This document shows, in pieces, positions 35,777 to 45,263 of a stretch of DNA of 64,000 nt. The notes below the pieces were generated by a model, which was not told the origin of the DNA, ran no database searches, and saw only the letters and a program-made list of their open reading frames with translations. Positions within the stretch are counted from its first letter, which is position 1. Each line of letters starts with the position of its first letter. The stretch lies in the IMG/VR virus record IMGVR_UViG_3300047322_001237, positions 1-64,000 of that record; one strand, written 5' to 3'. The position numbers and the translations under genes were made by a program.

Positions 35777-36199
35777 TCACTTCCAGCCGTACTGGCCGAG
35801 TGCATCATTCAGACCGACCTTCTCGTCTTCGGTCCACTCGCGATCCATCCCTTCGAAGGGCGCGGTAGCCATCGGCTTCTCAGTCGCTTCTTTCTCGGCG
35901 ACGTAGGCGCGCGCTGTTCCTTCTGGAACCGATTCAAAGCGACCGTCTTCCATCTCTGCCTGCGAACGAACGCAGATGCGACCGTCGGCCATCATGTACG
36001 CGTAGGCAGGTTCACGAGAATGCTCGAGCACATATTCACTCGGCAAACCTGTGATGATGTAAACGCCGCCCTTGGTGTGGCGCACTTCTTCGCCGACACG
36101 GAACTTGAAGGTGCCATTGACCGCACCAATCGTGACGGCGAGGTTCGCTTGCAGGTACGGATGCACCTGGCTGATCTTCTCTTGCTTGTCTGCGTCCAT
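35777..36199 (-). CDS. DUF1653-like domain protein
   Basis: Start ATG 36199 with GAGG RBS. VRHTKGGVYII...Y....VRS..EM..GRF resembles the DUF1653 pattern. Confidence 0.55.
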   Translation of the reverse strand: MDADKQEKISQVHPYLQANLAVTIGAVNGTFKFRVGEEVRHTKGGVYIITGLPSEYVLEHSREPAYAYMMADGRICVRSQAEMEDGRFESVPEGTARAYVAEKEATEKPMATAPFEGMDREWTEDEKVGLNDALGQYGWK

Positions 36200-36212
36200 A
36201 GGGACCTCGTGT

Positions 36213-37718
36213 TTAAGCTGCCATCGCGTGCAGAAGACCGTCACGCTCGGCAATGCGTTGAATCAGTTCCTGATACTGCGGCAGCGGCTTCTTGTCCTCG
36301 CCCATCCAGTACGGGAAGTAGTGCTCCGGGTGTTCCTTCGGCAGCGTCATGCGCAGCAAATCCATCGTCGAGAGGAACGGCAGCTCATGCGCTTCGCCCA
36401 GTTCGTGCGTCCACCAGCCACGCGTCGTCAGCAGCACATTCCAGTCGAAGCCCAAGGCCTTCAGGCTGTCGTACAGTTGCTTCGGGCTGAGCTTGAGCTC
36501 GGGCGCCATGGTGTGCCACAGGTAGCTCATCTGGCACATCTCGCTCGTGATGTTGAGCGCACGGCGCAGCATCGGATCGTTGTCGATCTTGCGGCGAACC
36601 GTCGTGCGTTGCAGCTTGACATCAGGGTACAGGGCGAGGCTGTAGTTGATGTTGTTGCCTTCCAGACCGTAGCGACCCTGTTCCTTGATGTGGTGGAACT
36701 CGGTGAGCGACGGCAGCACACCTTCGCTCTGCGAGACGATCAGCGTGAACGCCATGCCCGATGCACCCGACTTCGAACGCAGATTGCGCAGCTGCACGGT
36801 GTTCAGATCCGTGTCGAGCTTAAGCGTGTCTTCTTGGTTGCGCGGGTACTCCGGCGCACGGTTGCCGTCGAGCAGCGGGGCCGAGTTGTAGCAGTGCCAG
36901 CAATTGTGCGTAATGAACGTGAACTTGTCGGTCGTGCCCTTGATCTTGTCGCCGTTCTTCAGGTGCTTGAGCTTCTGAATCGGTACGGAACCGGCGGGAC
37001 CCGCGTTCTGCATCGTCGACTCTTTGCCGAGGTGGGCAGTCATCAGCAGGTAGTCGTAGGCCTGACCGTGTAGACGCGGTGCTTCCATCAGGATACGCAA
37101 CTTGGCGAGACCCTGACGCATGTGAATCGTGTTGCCGCCGGATTCGCCCAGATCGTTCTTGTCCTGCATCTCGATCACGTCCGACGTCTCGAACTCGGTG
37201 AACGAGTCGATTTCGGTGAACGTCGGGATCAGCATGGTAAATGCCCCCGTGCGCTCGCGGTTGTGGAAGGGCGTATTGACGATGATGTCCTTCCGCTTGG
37301 TCTTCTCTTCCAGCTCGTTCTTGTGGTTCTTGTACCACTCGTCGCCGACATAAACCGTCTTGTCGGTGATCGACCAGCGTTGCGACTCCAGCACATCCTC
37401 GCCGTGGAACGCTTCCGTACGAGCGACGAACTCGCGGTAGTGCCATTCGTGAATGTTGACTTCGGTGTCGTACGTCTTGGCGGCCGAGTACAGCATGCGT
37501 GACATGGCGGTCAGCATCATGTAGTGCTCGGTCGTGGATTTGAAGTTGTTGCCGATACCCGTAATCCCGGTCAGCGGTGCCAATCCACCGTTCAGGATCG
37601 ACTCATTACGACGACCCTTGATGTAGTGGCCAGTCGGAATGTCGAAGCCTGCCCCGATATTGATCATCACCTTGACATTCGGTGCTGGTGTCAGCTTTGT
37701 TCTTAAGTCAATCGTCAT
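36213..37718 (-). CDS. uvsX: UvsX/RecA-like recombinase (phiKZ gp152-like)
   Basis: Walker A GIGNNFKST, YDTE, Walker B EIDSFTEF and MTAHLG. Size and location match phiKZ-like phages. Confidence 0.85.
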   Translation of the reverse strand: MTIDLRTKLTPAPNVKVMINIGAGFDIPTGHYIKGRRNESILNGGLAPLTGITGIGNNFKSTTEHYMMLTAMSRMLYSAAKTYDTEVNIHEWHYREFVARTEAFHGEDVLESQRWSITDKTVYVGDEWYKNHKNELEEKTKRKDIIVNTPFHNRERTGAFTMLIPTFTEIDSFTEFETSDVIEMQDKNDLGESGGNTIHMRQGLAKLRILMEAPRLHGQAYDYLLMTAHLGKESTMQNAGPAGSVPIQKLKHLKNGDKIKGTTDKFTFITHNCWHCYNSAPLLDGNRAPEYPRNQEDTLKLDTDLNTVQLRNLRSKSGASGMAFTLIVSQSEGVLPSLTEFHHIKEQGRYGLEGNNINYSLALYPDVKLQRTTVRRKIDNDPMLRRALNITSEMCQMSYLWHTMAPELKLSPKQLYDSLKALGFDWNVLLTTRGWWTHELGEAHELPFLSTMDLLRMTLPKEHPEHYFPYWMGEDKKPLPQYQELIQRIAERDGLLHAMAA

Positions 37719-37831
37719 CTTCTGCTCGTTCGTAAGGACGTCTATGTTCGATAACTAACGCTTGCGCAAAAGATGGATTTGACTTCGTACATTTTTATGA
37801 ACTGCCCTATTGATTTCTCAACGGACCCCCT

Positions 37832-38650
37832 ATGACGACCCTGCTCGAGAACCAACGCGCCGTGGTGGCGCTTGAAGCCTTCACCCTGCCGGATACCGGG
37901 AGCCTCCTGCATCGGGTCTTCCCGGCGATTCAGGCAGGTTTCCGCGATCTCTACAACCTCGTGTCGACCAACGACAAGCCGGCGGCGCCGATCACGAGTC
38001 AGCAGAAGGAGTTTCTGGAAGCCATCGCAAACCGGAACTACGTGTCGATCTCGCCGCTGCCGGCGCGCGTGCCGGAAGGCCTGAAGGTTCCCTATCTCGT
38101 CTATGGCGAGGCACTGTCGCAGGCGGTGGAAAATGCCACAAAGATTGTGGATCAGCTCTCGCTCTACACCCTGTTCTTGGGTCAGCTCGTCACCAACCAC
38201 GATCACCAGTTCAGTTCCGAGTTCAATCCCAGCTACTACAAGAAGCTGCAGGCAACCCGCGACATGGACAATCAGCAACTGGGCGCCTGCTTTCAGGCGG
38301 GCTCCACGAAAGCCGATCGGACCTTCGGGGACGTGGTAGCGCGCAACGCTGACTGGAAGAGCGTCTTCAACCTGACCAACGCCGTGAGCGAACAGGTCGA
38401 CGCGGTCAACCGTCGCACGCTCAAGAAGAAAATCGAGGAAGCAGGCCAACTGCTCGATACGATCGAGAAGAAGCTCGAACGAAAGGAGCTCGAAGACGTC
38501 TCGCCGCAGGTGGTGACGGAGCTCTCCGAAGGCGCGTATCAGATCGCCTCGCAGCTCGAGATGTACAGCGCCGTGTACTACAAAGTGCAGGCGTTCGTGA
38601 CGGCCGTGAATTATTCGATGGGTGTTGCGATCCGTGCATTCGGGAAGTAA
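37832..38650 (+). CDS. Probable head protein (phiKZ gp153-like)
   Basis: 272 aa divergent from uvsX. N-terminal VALEAF contains a gp175-type (S/A/G)-X-E site. TATG at 37796-37799 upstream. Confidence 0.65.
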   Translation: MTTLLENQRAVVALEAFTLPDTGSLLHRVFPAIQAGFRDLYNLVSTNDKPAAPITSQQKEFLEAIANRNYVSISPLPARVPEGLKVPYLVYGEALSQAVENATKIVDQLSLYTLFLGQLVTNHDHQFSSEFNPSYYKKLQATRDMDNQQLGACFQAGSTKADRTFGDVVARNADWKSVFNLTNAVSEQVDAVNRRTLKKKIEEAGQLLDTIEKKLERKELEDVSPQVVTELSEGAYQIASQLEMYSAVYYKVQAFVTAVNYSMGVAIRAFGK

Positions 38651-38655
38651 GCAAG

Positions 38656-38705
38656 CGGCATAAGAGCCAGAGGGGACCGAGAGGCCCTCTCTGGCTTCTA
38701 TGACG
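38656..38705. terminator. CATA-hairpin-TATG element at convergent junction
   Basis: cggcataag-agccagagggg-accgagagg-ccctctctggct-tctatgacg. Confidence 0.7.
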
Positions 38706-38712
38706 TTCGTCG

Positions 38713-39156
38713 CTATGCACCCACGTGTTGCCAGTTGCGCAGCAGTCGCTCGACATCGCCCAACATCCGGCCATCGTCGCCGTAACGTAGCCACTTTGGC
38801 ATGGCCGATACGATCCGCATCCCCAGTCCCCGCACATCCGTCTGATCTTGCAGCGTTCTGGTGTCGATTCGTGTGCCCGCTTCGAACGGACGGTTTCGCC
38901 AGATGGCACCGCTGATATGGATGGGGAACTTGAGAGCCGCGTCGTCCGCCGACAAGTCCAGCATCTTGTTCAGCTTGTGCAACATCTCGCGGTTGAACTC
39001 CTGCGGCGCTTTCAGCTGGGCTGAGAACGAAGCGAGGAACAACAACCGTTTGGTGCGCTCGGGCAGATGACGATCGAGCATGCTTGAAAACCGAACTCGC
39101 ATGCCGACGGTGACACCCGAGAACCGGCCTCGAATGACGTCTGTGACACGATTCAT
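38713..39156 (-). CDS. Hypothetical protein
   Basis: 147 aa downstream of RNase H, ends at the hairpin. Confidence 0.6.
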   Translation of the reverse strand: MNRVTDVIRGRFSGVTVGMRVRFSSMLDRHLPERTKRLLFLASFSAQLKAPQEFNREMLHKLNKMLDLSADDAALKFPIHISGAIWRNRPFEAGTRIDTRTLQDQTDVRGLGMRIVSAMPKWLRYGDDGRMLGDVERLLRNWQHVGA

Positions 39157-39240
39157 TGAAAGAAACTCCTGAATGGCTTGGCAACCAGAACGGACCTGCG
39201 TTGCTCTGGGAGTGCCGTGCCTTAAAAGGAATGGAAAGGG

Positions 39241-40836
39241 TTATGCGACCATGCGCAGGTTCGAGTACACGCCCGCCCAGATTCCTACGTCACCGTCTGC
39301 TTCCACCACGGTCGCGTAACGGAACGCCGTGGGGGACTCCAGCCAGGTAAGGAGGGTGACCTTGGGTCGAGCCTTCTCCAGACGCTTGAGCGAATTGCGG
39401 TTAAGCAAGTCGATGCCCAGCGTCAGAGTCACCGGAACCTGTGCAATCCCGTCTCCGACTCGGTAGTTTGCTTGAACCTCGAGTGCTGCAAAGCCAACCA
39501 CAAACTGCGGACGCAGCTCCATGGCCGAGACCGTTTCAGCCTTCTTCCCGACAGACTTTTCACGTGTCTCATAAAGTATCTCGGTCAGGTCCGTCGCGGT
39601 GACGAGCGGATCGTTCGCTTGATACATCTCCAGCTTGATGATCAGCTCGGAGAGTGCTTCCACAGCGCGCATGGCGAGCTTGGGAGGACGGCATTCGCGC
39701 GTCAGAGGCTTTCGCTTGTGGCCCGGCCCCGGTTCCTCGTCCAAGCAGTTCAGATCGAGCCGCGAGTTGCTGGCCCGCGGCATCGCGATCGTTCCGTAGC
39801 GCATGACTTCCTTGTGGGTGCCAGCGCTGAACAGTTGATCAAGTCGGATCATGACGATGGAGTCCATCCCGCAGGCGAGATCCGTCGTATGGTTGCGCAC
39901 GAACTCGATCGAGTCGTCCACTTCTTTCAAGCGCACGACCGAGTACGCACCGTCGCTGATGCGCTTGCCGAGTAGATCATCTTCGGTACCGTGCTCGCCG
40001 AGATAGTATTCGCCCGACTTCTGATACTCCTTGACCGTGTTGAAGTACATCCGGCGATTCGCCAGCATCGGATGGCGCTCGCTGTCGTACTTCCAGTAGC
40101 CTTCGGCGATCGATGTCGTCACATCGCTCTTGAGGATGTCTTGTTGTGCGAGGAGGACACCGAGCGTGGCGTGCTTGTCGGCGATGTCGTTGCCCAGATG
40201 CCCGTCGTGTCCCTTCACCCACGCGAAGTTCACTTCGACACCACGGTCAACGAGCCGCTGCTTGGCCGCGAGCAATTCTTTCCAGAGTGCCTCGTTCGCA
40301 ACGGGCTTACCGTCCCGCGTCACCCAGCCGTTGCGTTGCCAGCCCTGGATCCATTCCTCCATACCCTTACGCACGTACTGCGAATCGGTGGTGACGAGCA
40401 CGCGCTTGATTTCGTAGTTGATCGCGTGCTCGAGTGCACGCGTCGCTGCCATCAACTCGCCAACGTTGTTCGTCGGCTTTTTCAGCGGATTGGTCACGGG
40501 AATCGACCCGTAGCCATCCACGTAATGAATCGGAGTTACTTCGGCCACGCCGCCCTTCTGGACCGCGTCAGCCTTCGAGACGTAGCCGCGCTGGGTCAGC
40601 AGCCAGCCACCGTTACCTGTTCCCTTCTTTGGCTTCTCGTCCGAGTAGAGGAAGCCGTGAATGCCCCAACCACTGGGACCCGGATTCGGATTCGCCCCGC
40701 CGTCAGCATAGATCATCATGCCATGCGTGACGGTTACTGCTGCCTCTGCGGAGGCTTCTTGTTGAACTTCTACTGTTTCACTCACGATTGCTGATCCTAA
40801 GTCTTCTTGAACTACACCATGGGCACCGTGCGTCAA
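39241..40836 (-). CDS. rnhA: Ribonuclease HI with C-terminal extension (phiKZ gp155-like)
   Basis: YADGGANPNPGPSGWG, TNNVGELMA, TDSQYV, WVKGHDGHLGNDIAD. True start may be GTG 40785 (AGGA RBS). Confidence 0.92.
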   Translation of the reverse strand: MTHGAHGVVQEDLGSAIVSETVEVQQEASAEAAVTVTHGMMIYADGGANPNPGPSGWGIHGFLYSDEKPKKGTGNGGWLLTQRGYVSKADAVQKGGVAEVTPIHYVDGYGSIPVTNPLKKPTNNVGELMAATRALEHAINYEIKRVLVTTDSQYVRKGMEEWIQGWQRNGWVTRDGKPVANEALWKELLAAKQRLVDRGVEVNFAWVKGHDGHLGNDIADKHATLGVLLAQQDILKSDVTTSIAEGYWKYDSERHPMLANRRMYFNTVKEYQKSGEYYLGEHGTEDDLLGKRISDGAYSVVRLKEVDDSIEFVRNHTTDLACGMDSIVMIRLDQLFSAGTHKEVMRYGTIAMPRASNSRLDLNCLDEEPGPGHKRKPLTRECRPPKLAMRAVEALSELIIKLEMYQANDPLVTATDLTEILYETREKSVGKKAETVSAMELRPQFVVGFAALEVQANYRVGDGIAQVPVTLTLGIDLLNRNSLKRLEKARPKVTLLTWLESPTAFRYATVVEADGDVGIWAGVYSNLRMVA

Positions 40837-40848
40837 AAATGCCTGTGC

Positions 40849-41328
40849 TCACGATCTAGCGCGATGTTCGATGCGCTTCTTGTTCGTCTCGCAACGCCGG
40901 ACGTAGTCCTGGTACGACTTCTTCAGGATGCTTTGCGTCTGGTCTATGTACTTGTGCAACTCCACGATGTGTGCGCGCGCAAGCGCGTCCACAGCCGCAT
41001 CGTCGGAGGGCTTGATGGCATCGAGCTGTTTGATCGGAACCTCAGGCGCGCGCGGTAGGGCAGGCATGCGGTAGGCAGGGCACAGACCTTTGGTCACGAC
41101 ACTCGGTTCATCGGGCGGTGCCGGAGGCGGCGTTTTAGCGATGGTCGGGTCGACACGCGTGTCCGGAATGATCACGACGAGTCCACTGATTTGCGACGCC
41201 GGATGGTCGGCCGCCGCCGCGCGAATCGTGTCCGGGTTTATTTCCAGGTAGGTGCTCTTGTTGAAGCTGTTGCATCCGGCCAAAGCGAGGCCCAGCGCGA
41301 GTCCCGCGCCAAAAAGGAACTTGAACAT
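40849..41328 (-). CDS. Lipoprotein, candidate o-spanin
   Basis: Start ATG 41328: MFKFLFGAGLALGLALAGC (lipobox LAGC). Pro-rich segment, CP motif, C-terminal helix with Cys. Confidence 0.65.
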   Translation of the reverse strand: MFKFLFGAGLALGLALAGCNSFNKSTYLEINPDTIRAAAADHPASQISGLVVIIPDTRVDPTIAKTPPPAPPDEPSVVTKGLCPAYRMPALPRAPEVPIKQLDAIKPSDDAAVDALARAHIVELHKYIDQTQSILKKSYQDYVRRCETNKKRIEHRARS

Positions 41329-41347
41329 GATGGACTTCCTGGGAGAG

Positions 41348-41764
41348 TTAGCGGTGCGCAGCTTGCAGACCGGCGAATGTGTTTTTGAGCGCTTGATAGC
41401 TGTCAAGCGGGGCCGCGTGCGGCGGCTCGGGAGGCGTGGCGCTCGCTGCGGGCAGCGGTGCGTCAGCAAGCTCGGGCGGCAGGCATTCGTGCTCGATGCG
41501 TGCCTTTAGGCGAATGATTTCGGCGCGTGACGATTTGTATTGCTTCTCGACCTCGACGTACTTCGCGAGAATCGAGACGAGTCGAACGTCTGCACTCAGA
41601 TTCACTAAGTTGAGCGTGAAGCTCGCCATTACCACGATGCTGAAGATGGCGCGGCGCTTATTGTTTTTGAAGGCATAGGCGAGGCTTTTGCCGTCCAAAA
41701 CCATTTCCTTGACGAATGGCCAAGCGCTCCATACGAGCTTTCCAATGAATTCAATCGGGCTCAA
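41348..41764 (-). CDS. Membrane protein, candidate i-spanin
   Basis: Hydrophobic segment (AIFSIVVMASFTLNLV) followed by a coiled-coil-like region and a Cys. Directly upstream of the lipoprotein. Confidence 0.55.
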   Translation of the reverse strand: MSPIEFIGKLVWSAWPFVKEMVLDGKSLAYAFKNNKRRAIFSIVVMASFTLNLVNLSADVRLVSILAKYVEVEKQYKSSRAEIIRLKARIEHECLPPELADAPLPAASATPPEPPHAAPLDSYQALKNTFAGLQAAHR

Positions 41765-41865
41765 GGTGAATCCCCTTTAGCTAATTTTATAGTCTGAGTA
41801 GTTATTCCAGAGAAGGGCTGGCCATGCCCTTTTCGTCGCCGCGATGTCATGGGAGAGGGAACGCG

Positions 41866-43230
41866 ATGTACTCGCTTAAAGGCTTTATCAGTAACGATGT
41901 GTTTGCGGACAACGCCCCGGGAGCGATCGCAACCATCGGCGAACTGTCGACACAATCGAGCACCTATTCGCTCGACAAGATTTACTACACTCAGGAGGCT
42001 TATCCGGACCTCACGTTCGTGAGCTTCCTCAGCCAGGATCCGGACAATGGACCTGTCGGTGTCCCGGCAAACCTCGTCACACAGGTAATGCAGGTTGCTG
42101 CGTGGGTGTTTGCTCAAACCCAAGCCGTGCCGAACCCCGGGCAGATTGCGGCAAGCACGATCCTCTCGGGCGTGCTCAACCAGTTCCAGACGAGCGCGAA
42201 GAACTTCACCTGCGGCGACATGGTCAGCGACGGCACGTACTGGGTGCCCGAATGGATGCAGTGGGAGAACACGACCGATTCGACCTACGGTTCGATCGCG
42301 ACGGGCAAGGACAACCTGATCAAGATCTGGTTCGTCGATGCTTCGTTCAAGGCGGAATACGACGAGTATTCGATCGTCGTCGTGCCGCCGATGGCACAGC
42401 TCGACAACTTCTTCACCACGTCGTCGAATGTGCAGGCGGAGCTCAATGCTCAGACCTTCGTCAACACGATGACGCTCGTTCAGGCGGCAAAGGGCGACAA
42501 CCCAGAATCGATCCTCGACGCGCTGAGCTTCGACTACATTGATCCGGCACTGCCCACGAATACGATCCCGACGAACTGGACCGTGCTGATCTATGGTCAG
42601 GCTGGTAACAACATCGACGCGATCGCGAACGCCATCATCGACTACGTGCTCGCGAACAGCACGCACACGCAAGCCGAGTGGACCGAGATCCTTCCGGACC
42701 TCTTCAAGCGGACGGAATTCACGCTGATCCCGATGTACGACCAGTACGGGATTCCGAACCGCAACCAAGTGAGCGGCATTTACTCACCCGTTGCAAATCC
42801 GACCCGCGTCCTCGCGATGATGACGCAGGTGGCGACCGCTTATCCGCAGGCTCATATTAATTCCAACTGCTGCGTTCAGACCTATCCGTATAAGTCGGTT
42901 GCTCTGATCAGCTGCGGTTCGCCGAACAACAAGAATTCTGCGTTCCAAATCGAGCAGGTGTTCCCGGACATCCTGTCGGTCCCGTCGCAAAGCTTGGACT
43001 TTGCTCGCATGTCGACGGACACGCAGAACTTCATGCTTCTGTTGGGGAAGATGCTGGCTGCGGCTGAGGCGCTCACGCAATACGGCAACGTGCCCGCGGG
43101 CATGACGAAGCTCACCCGCAACGGCGTTCTGTACCTGGTCGCGACCTACGAGGGCATCAACTACCTCATGGTCGCGAAATCCAATTTTCCGCTCGCGAAT
43201 GTCCCGGTGTTTCCCGTGAACAACTCGTAA
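41866..43230 (+). CDS. Virion structural protein (phiKZ gp157-like)
   Basis: Start ATG 41866 (MYSLKGFISN). Motifs IATIGELSTQSSTYS and PDLFKRTEFTLIP. Confidence 0.7.
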   Translation: MYSLKGFISNDVFADNAPGAIATIGELSTQSSTYSLDKIYYTQEAYPDLTFVSFLSQDPDNGPVGVPANLVTQVMQVAAWVFAQTQAVPNPGQIAASTILSGVLNQFQTSAKNFTCGDMVSDGTYWVPEWMQWENTTDSTYGSIATGKDNLIKIWFVDASFKAEYDEYSIVVVPPMAQLDNFFTTSSNVQAELNAQTFVNTMTLVQAAKGDNPESILDALSFDYIDPALPTNTIPTNWTVLIYGQAGNNIDAIANAIIDYVLANSTHTQAEWTEILPDLFKRTEFTLIPMYDQYGIPNRNQVSGIYSPVANPTRVLAMMTQVATAYPQAHINSNCCVQTYPYKSVALISCGSPNNKNSAFQIEQVFPDILSVPSQSLDFARMSTDTQNFMLLLGKMLAAAEALTQYGNVPAGMTKLTRNGVLYLVATYEGINYLMVAKSNFPLANVPVFPVNNS

Positions 43231-43257
43231 GTCGACAAGGAATAAACAAGGAGCATC

Positions 43258-45216
43258 ATGACCACCCCTCTGAATCCGAATATCGGATCGTCGGGCCTCT
43301 GGACGCTAGCCAGTCCGTTCGATGCGAAGCTGCAGGCAGGCGTCTCGTACAGCTGCGTCGCGGTCCGGCTGCTGAGCGACATCATCGGGAACGGAGGGGA
43401 TCCGTTCACGCTGTACTATTCGCCGAACGGTCTCACGCAGACCGATTTCCAGAATGACGTTTCGGCGGGCGCATCGATCGTTTCGCTGCAGGCGACGGGC
43501 GGTACGTGGCTGTATCTGCCAAACACGTACATCACGCAGATGCCGAGTCAGAACAATGTTCCCTACACGAGCATCGTGCTCGGGGTTCATTGCGGGGCAC
43601 TGCCTGATTTGCTCGACCTCACCTACGTGAAGTCAAAGGTGTCGCTGGCCGTGCAGGACGCGATTGGCGTGACGCCCACGATCAAGTCTCTGGCGGTTTC
43701 GGCGAAAACACTGATCAGTCAGACGGAGCACGCTGCGATCACATCGACGCGCAATGCTGCGATCAGCCAGGCGGGCACGCCGACGGCGCAACTCATCACG
43801 GTGAAGGGTCAGTTGACCAGCTGCCAGCAACAGGTGACGTCACTCACCTCGTACATCTCGTCGCTGGTCTCCGCGGGACTCATCGATGAGAACGGCAACA
43901 TCGTCTCCGGCGGTGGTGGCGGTGTGACAAACACGCTCGATCCGCAAAGCCTTCCGGACGGGCTCGTGTTGGTGGACGACAATCTCTCGGTAGCGGCTCC
44001 GCTCGGCTTCGGTGCAGCGCGTTCGATCATTGCCCATAACAGCGGCCTGTATTACGTTGAGGCGACGGTCGTAAATCTGAACACCGCTGCTGGCGTTGGA
44101 CTCGTGAACGGCCGGGAGGACCTGACCGGAGTAGGCAGCGATGCGAACGGGATCATGGCGTTCTGCGGTCTCGACTCCGGCAATGGCGTGTTCACCAACA
44201 ACGCCTTCCTCGCGGGAACCAGTCAACAGTTCACTCTGTCGGCCGGTGATATTGTCGGGATGGCGATCAATCTCGATGCGAAGTTGATCTGGTTCTATCA
44301 CCCGATGACGAGGCTTTGGAACGCAAGCGCGTCCGCGAATCCGGTCGGCAACGTCGGCGGTATCGACATCAGCGGGATCTTGTCCGGTGGCTATAACGGA
44401 TACGTCTATCCGTGCGCGATGGTTGAAATGACTGGAGACGGTGGTGTGGTCGAAACGGCCGACACGGTGACGGTCAATCTCGGCGATCAGCCGTTCATCA
44501 ACGTAGTCCCGGCGGGATACAGTGTCTGGGGTCATTCGACGTCGTCTGGCGGCTCGGGCGGTGACAATGGCGGTGGTACCGTCACGAATCCGACTGTGAA
44601 TGCGACCTTCGATTCAGCGGTGCTCCCGTCTGGCATGGTGCTGCAGAATGCCAGCATGACGGTGGTGGGCACGAAGAACGAATGGCAGACCGCACGCACG
44701 ACCTATGGTCAATCCTCGGGCTTGCTGTACGCGGAAGCGACCATCAACCGTCTGACGGGTGCGGTGGGCTTCGGTATCTGTAATCAACTCGAGGCGCCGA
44801 GCGGCGAGCTGGGCGCGGACGCCAACGGCATCATGATGTACACCAACATGTCGAAGGTGACGAGTGGTGTCTTCTACCTGGGTGCCACGGTGAACGCCAT
44901 CGGCTCGCAGGCACCGATGCAGGGCAGTACGGTTGGTATTGCGGTGAACCTCTCGCGCAAGCTGATCTGGTTCTACAACCCGATCACGCAGCAGTGGAAC
45001 GGTGGCACTCCGACCGAGCAGAACCCGGACGGCAATATCGGCGGTATCTCGATCGCCAGCATCTGCACAGAGGGCGGCCTGCCGGCGCAGGTCTTCCCGG
45101 CCGTGTCGACGTGGCAGGTCTCCGACTCGGTGACGTACAACCCGGGCAGCAACACGTTCGTGAATCCGGTTCCGGCGGGCTACAGCGCCTGGAATACGGA
45201 AGTCGTATCGTCCTAA
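43258..45216 (+). CDS. Virion protein with two C-terminal SPRY/B30.2-like domains
   Basis: N-terminal ~180 aa domain, coiled segment and Gly linker, then two homologous beta-rich domains with SGL.Y.EAT, G.DANG, GD.VG.A.NL..KLIWFY.P and YP/FP motifs. Confidence 0.7.
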   Translation: MTTPLNPNIGSSGLWTLASPFDAKLQAGVSYSCVAVRLLSDIIGNGGDPFTLYYSPNGLTQTDFQNDVSAGASIVSLQATGGTWLYLPNTYITQMPSQNNVPYTSIVLGVHCGALPDLLDLTYVKSKVSLAVQDAIGVTPTIKSLAVSAKTLISQTEHAAITSTRNAAISQAGTPTAQLITVKGQLTSCQQQVTSLTSYISSLVSAGLIDENGNIVSGGGGGVTNTLDPQSLPDGLVLVDDNLSVAAPLGFGAARSIIAHNSGLYYVEATVVNLNTAAGVGLVNGREDLTGVGSDANGIMAFCGLDSGNGVFTNNAFLAGTSQQFTLSAGDIVGMAINLDAKLIWFYHPMTRLWNASASANPVGNVGGIDISGILSGGYNGYVYPCAMVEMTGDGGVVETADTVTVNLGDQPFINVVPAGYSVWGHSTSSGGSGGDNGGGTVTNPTVNATFDSAVLPSGMVLQNASMTVVGTKNEWQTARTTYGQSSGLLYAEATINRLTGAVGFGICNQLEAPSGELGADANGIMMYTNMSKVTSGVFYLGATVNAIGSQAPMQGSTVGIAVNLSRKLIWFYNPITQQWNGGTPTEQNPDGNIGGISIASICTEGGLPAQVFPAVSTWQVSDSVTYNPGSNTFVNPVPAGYSAWNTEVVSS

Positions 45217-45220
45217 TCAG

Positions 45221-45262
45221 ACGGCATAAGCGCCCAGGGGGAGACCCCTGGGCTTTATGTCG
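45221..45262. terminator. CATA-hairpin-TATG element at convergent junction
   Basis: acggcataag-cgcccagggg-gaga-cccctgggc-tttatgtcg. Confidence 0.7.
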
Positions 45263-45263
45263 C

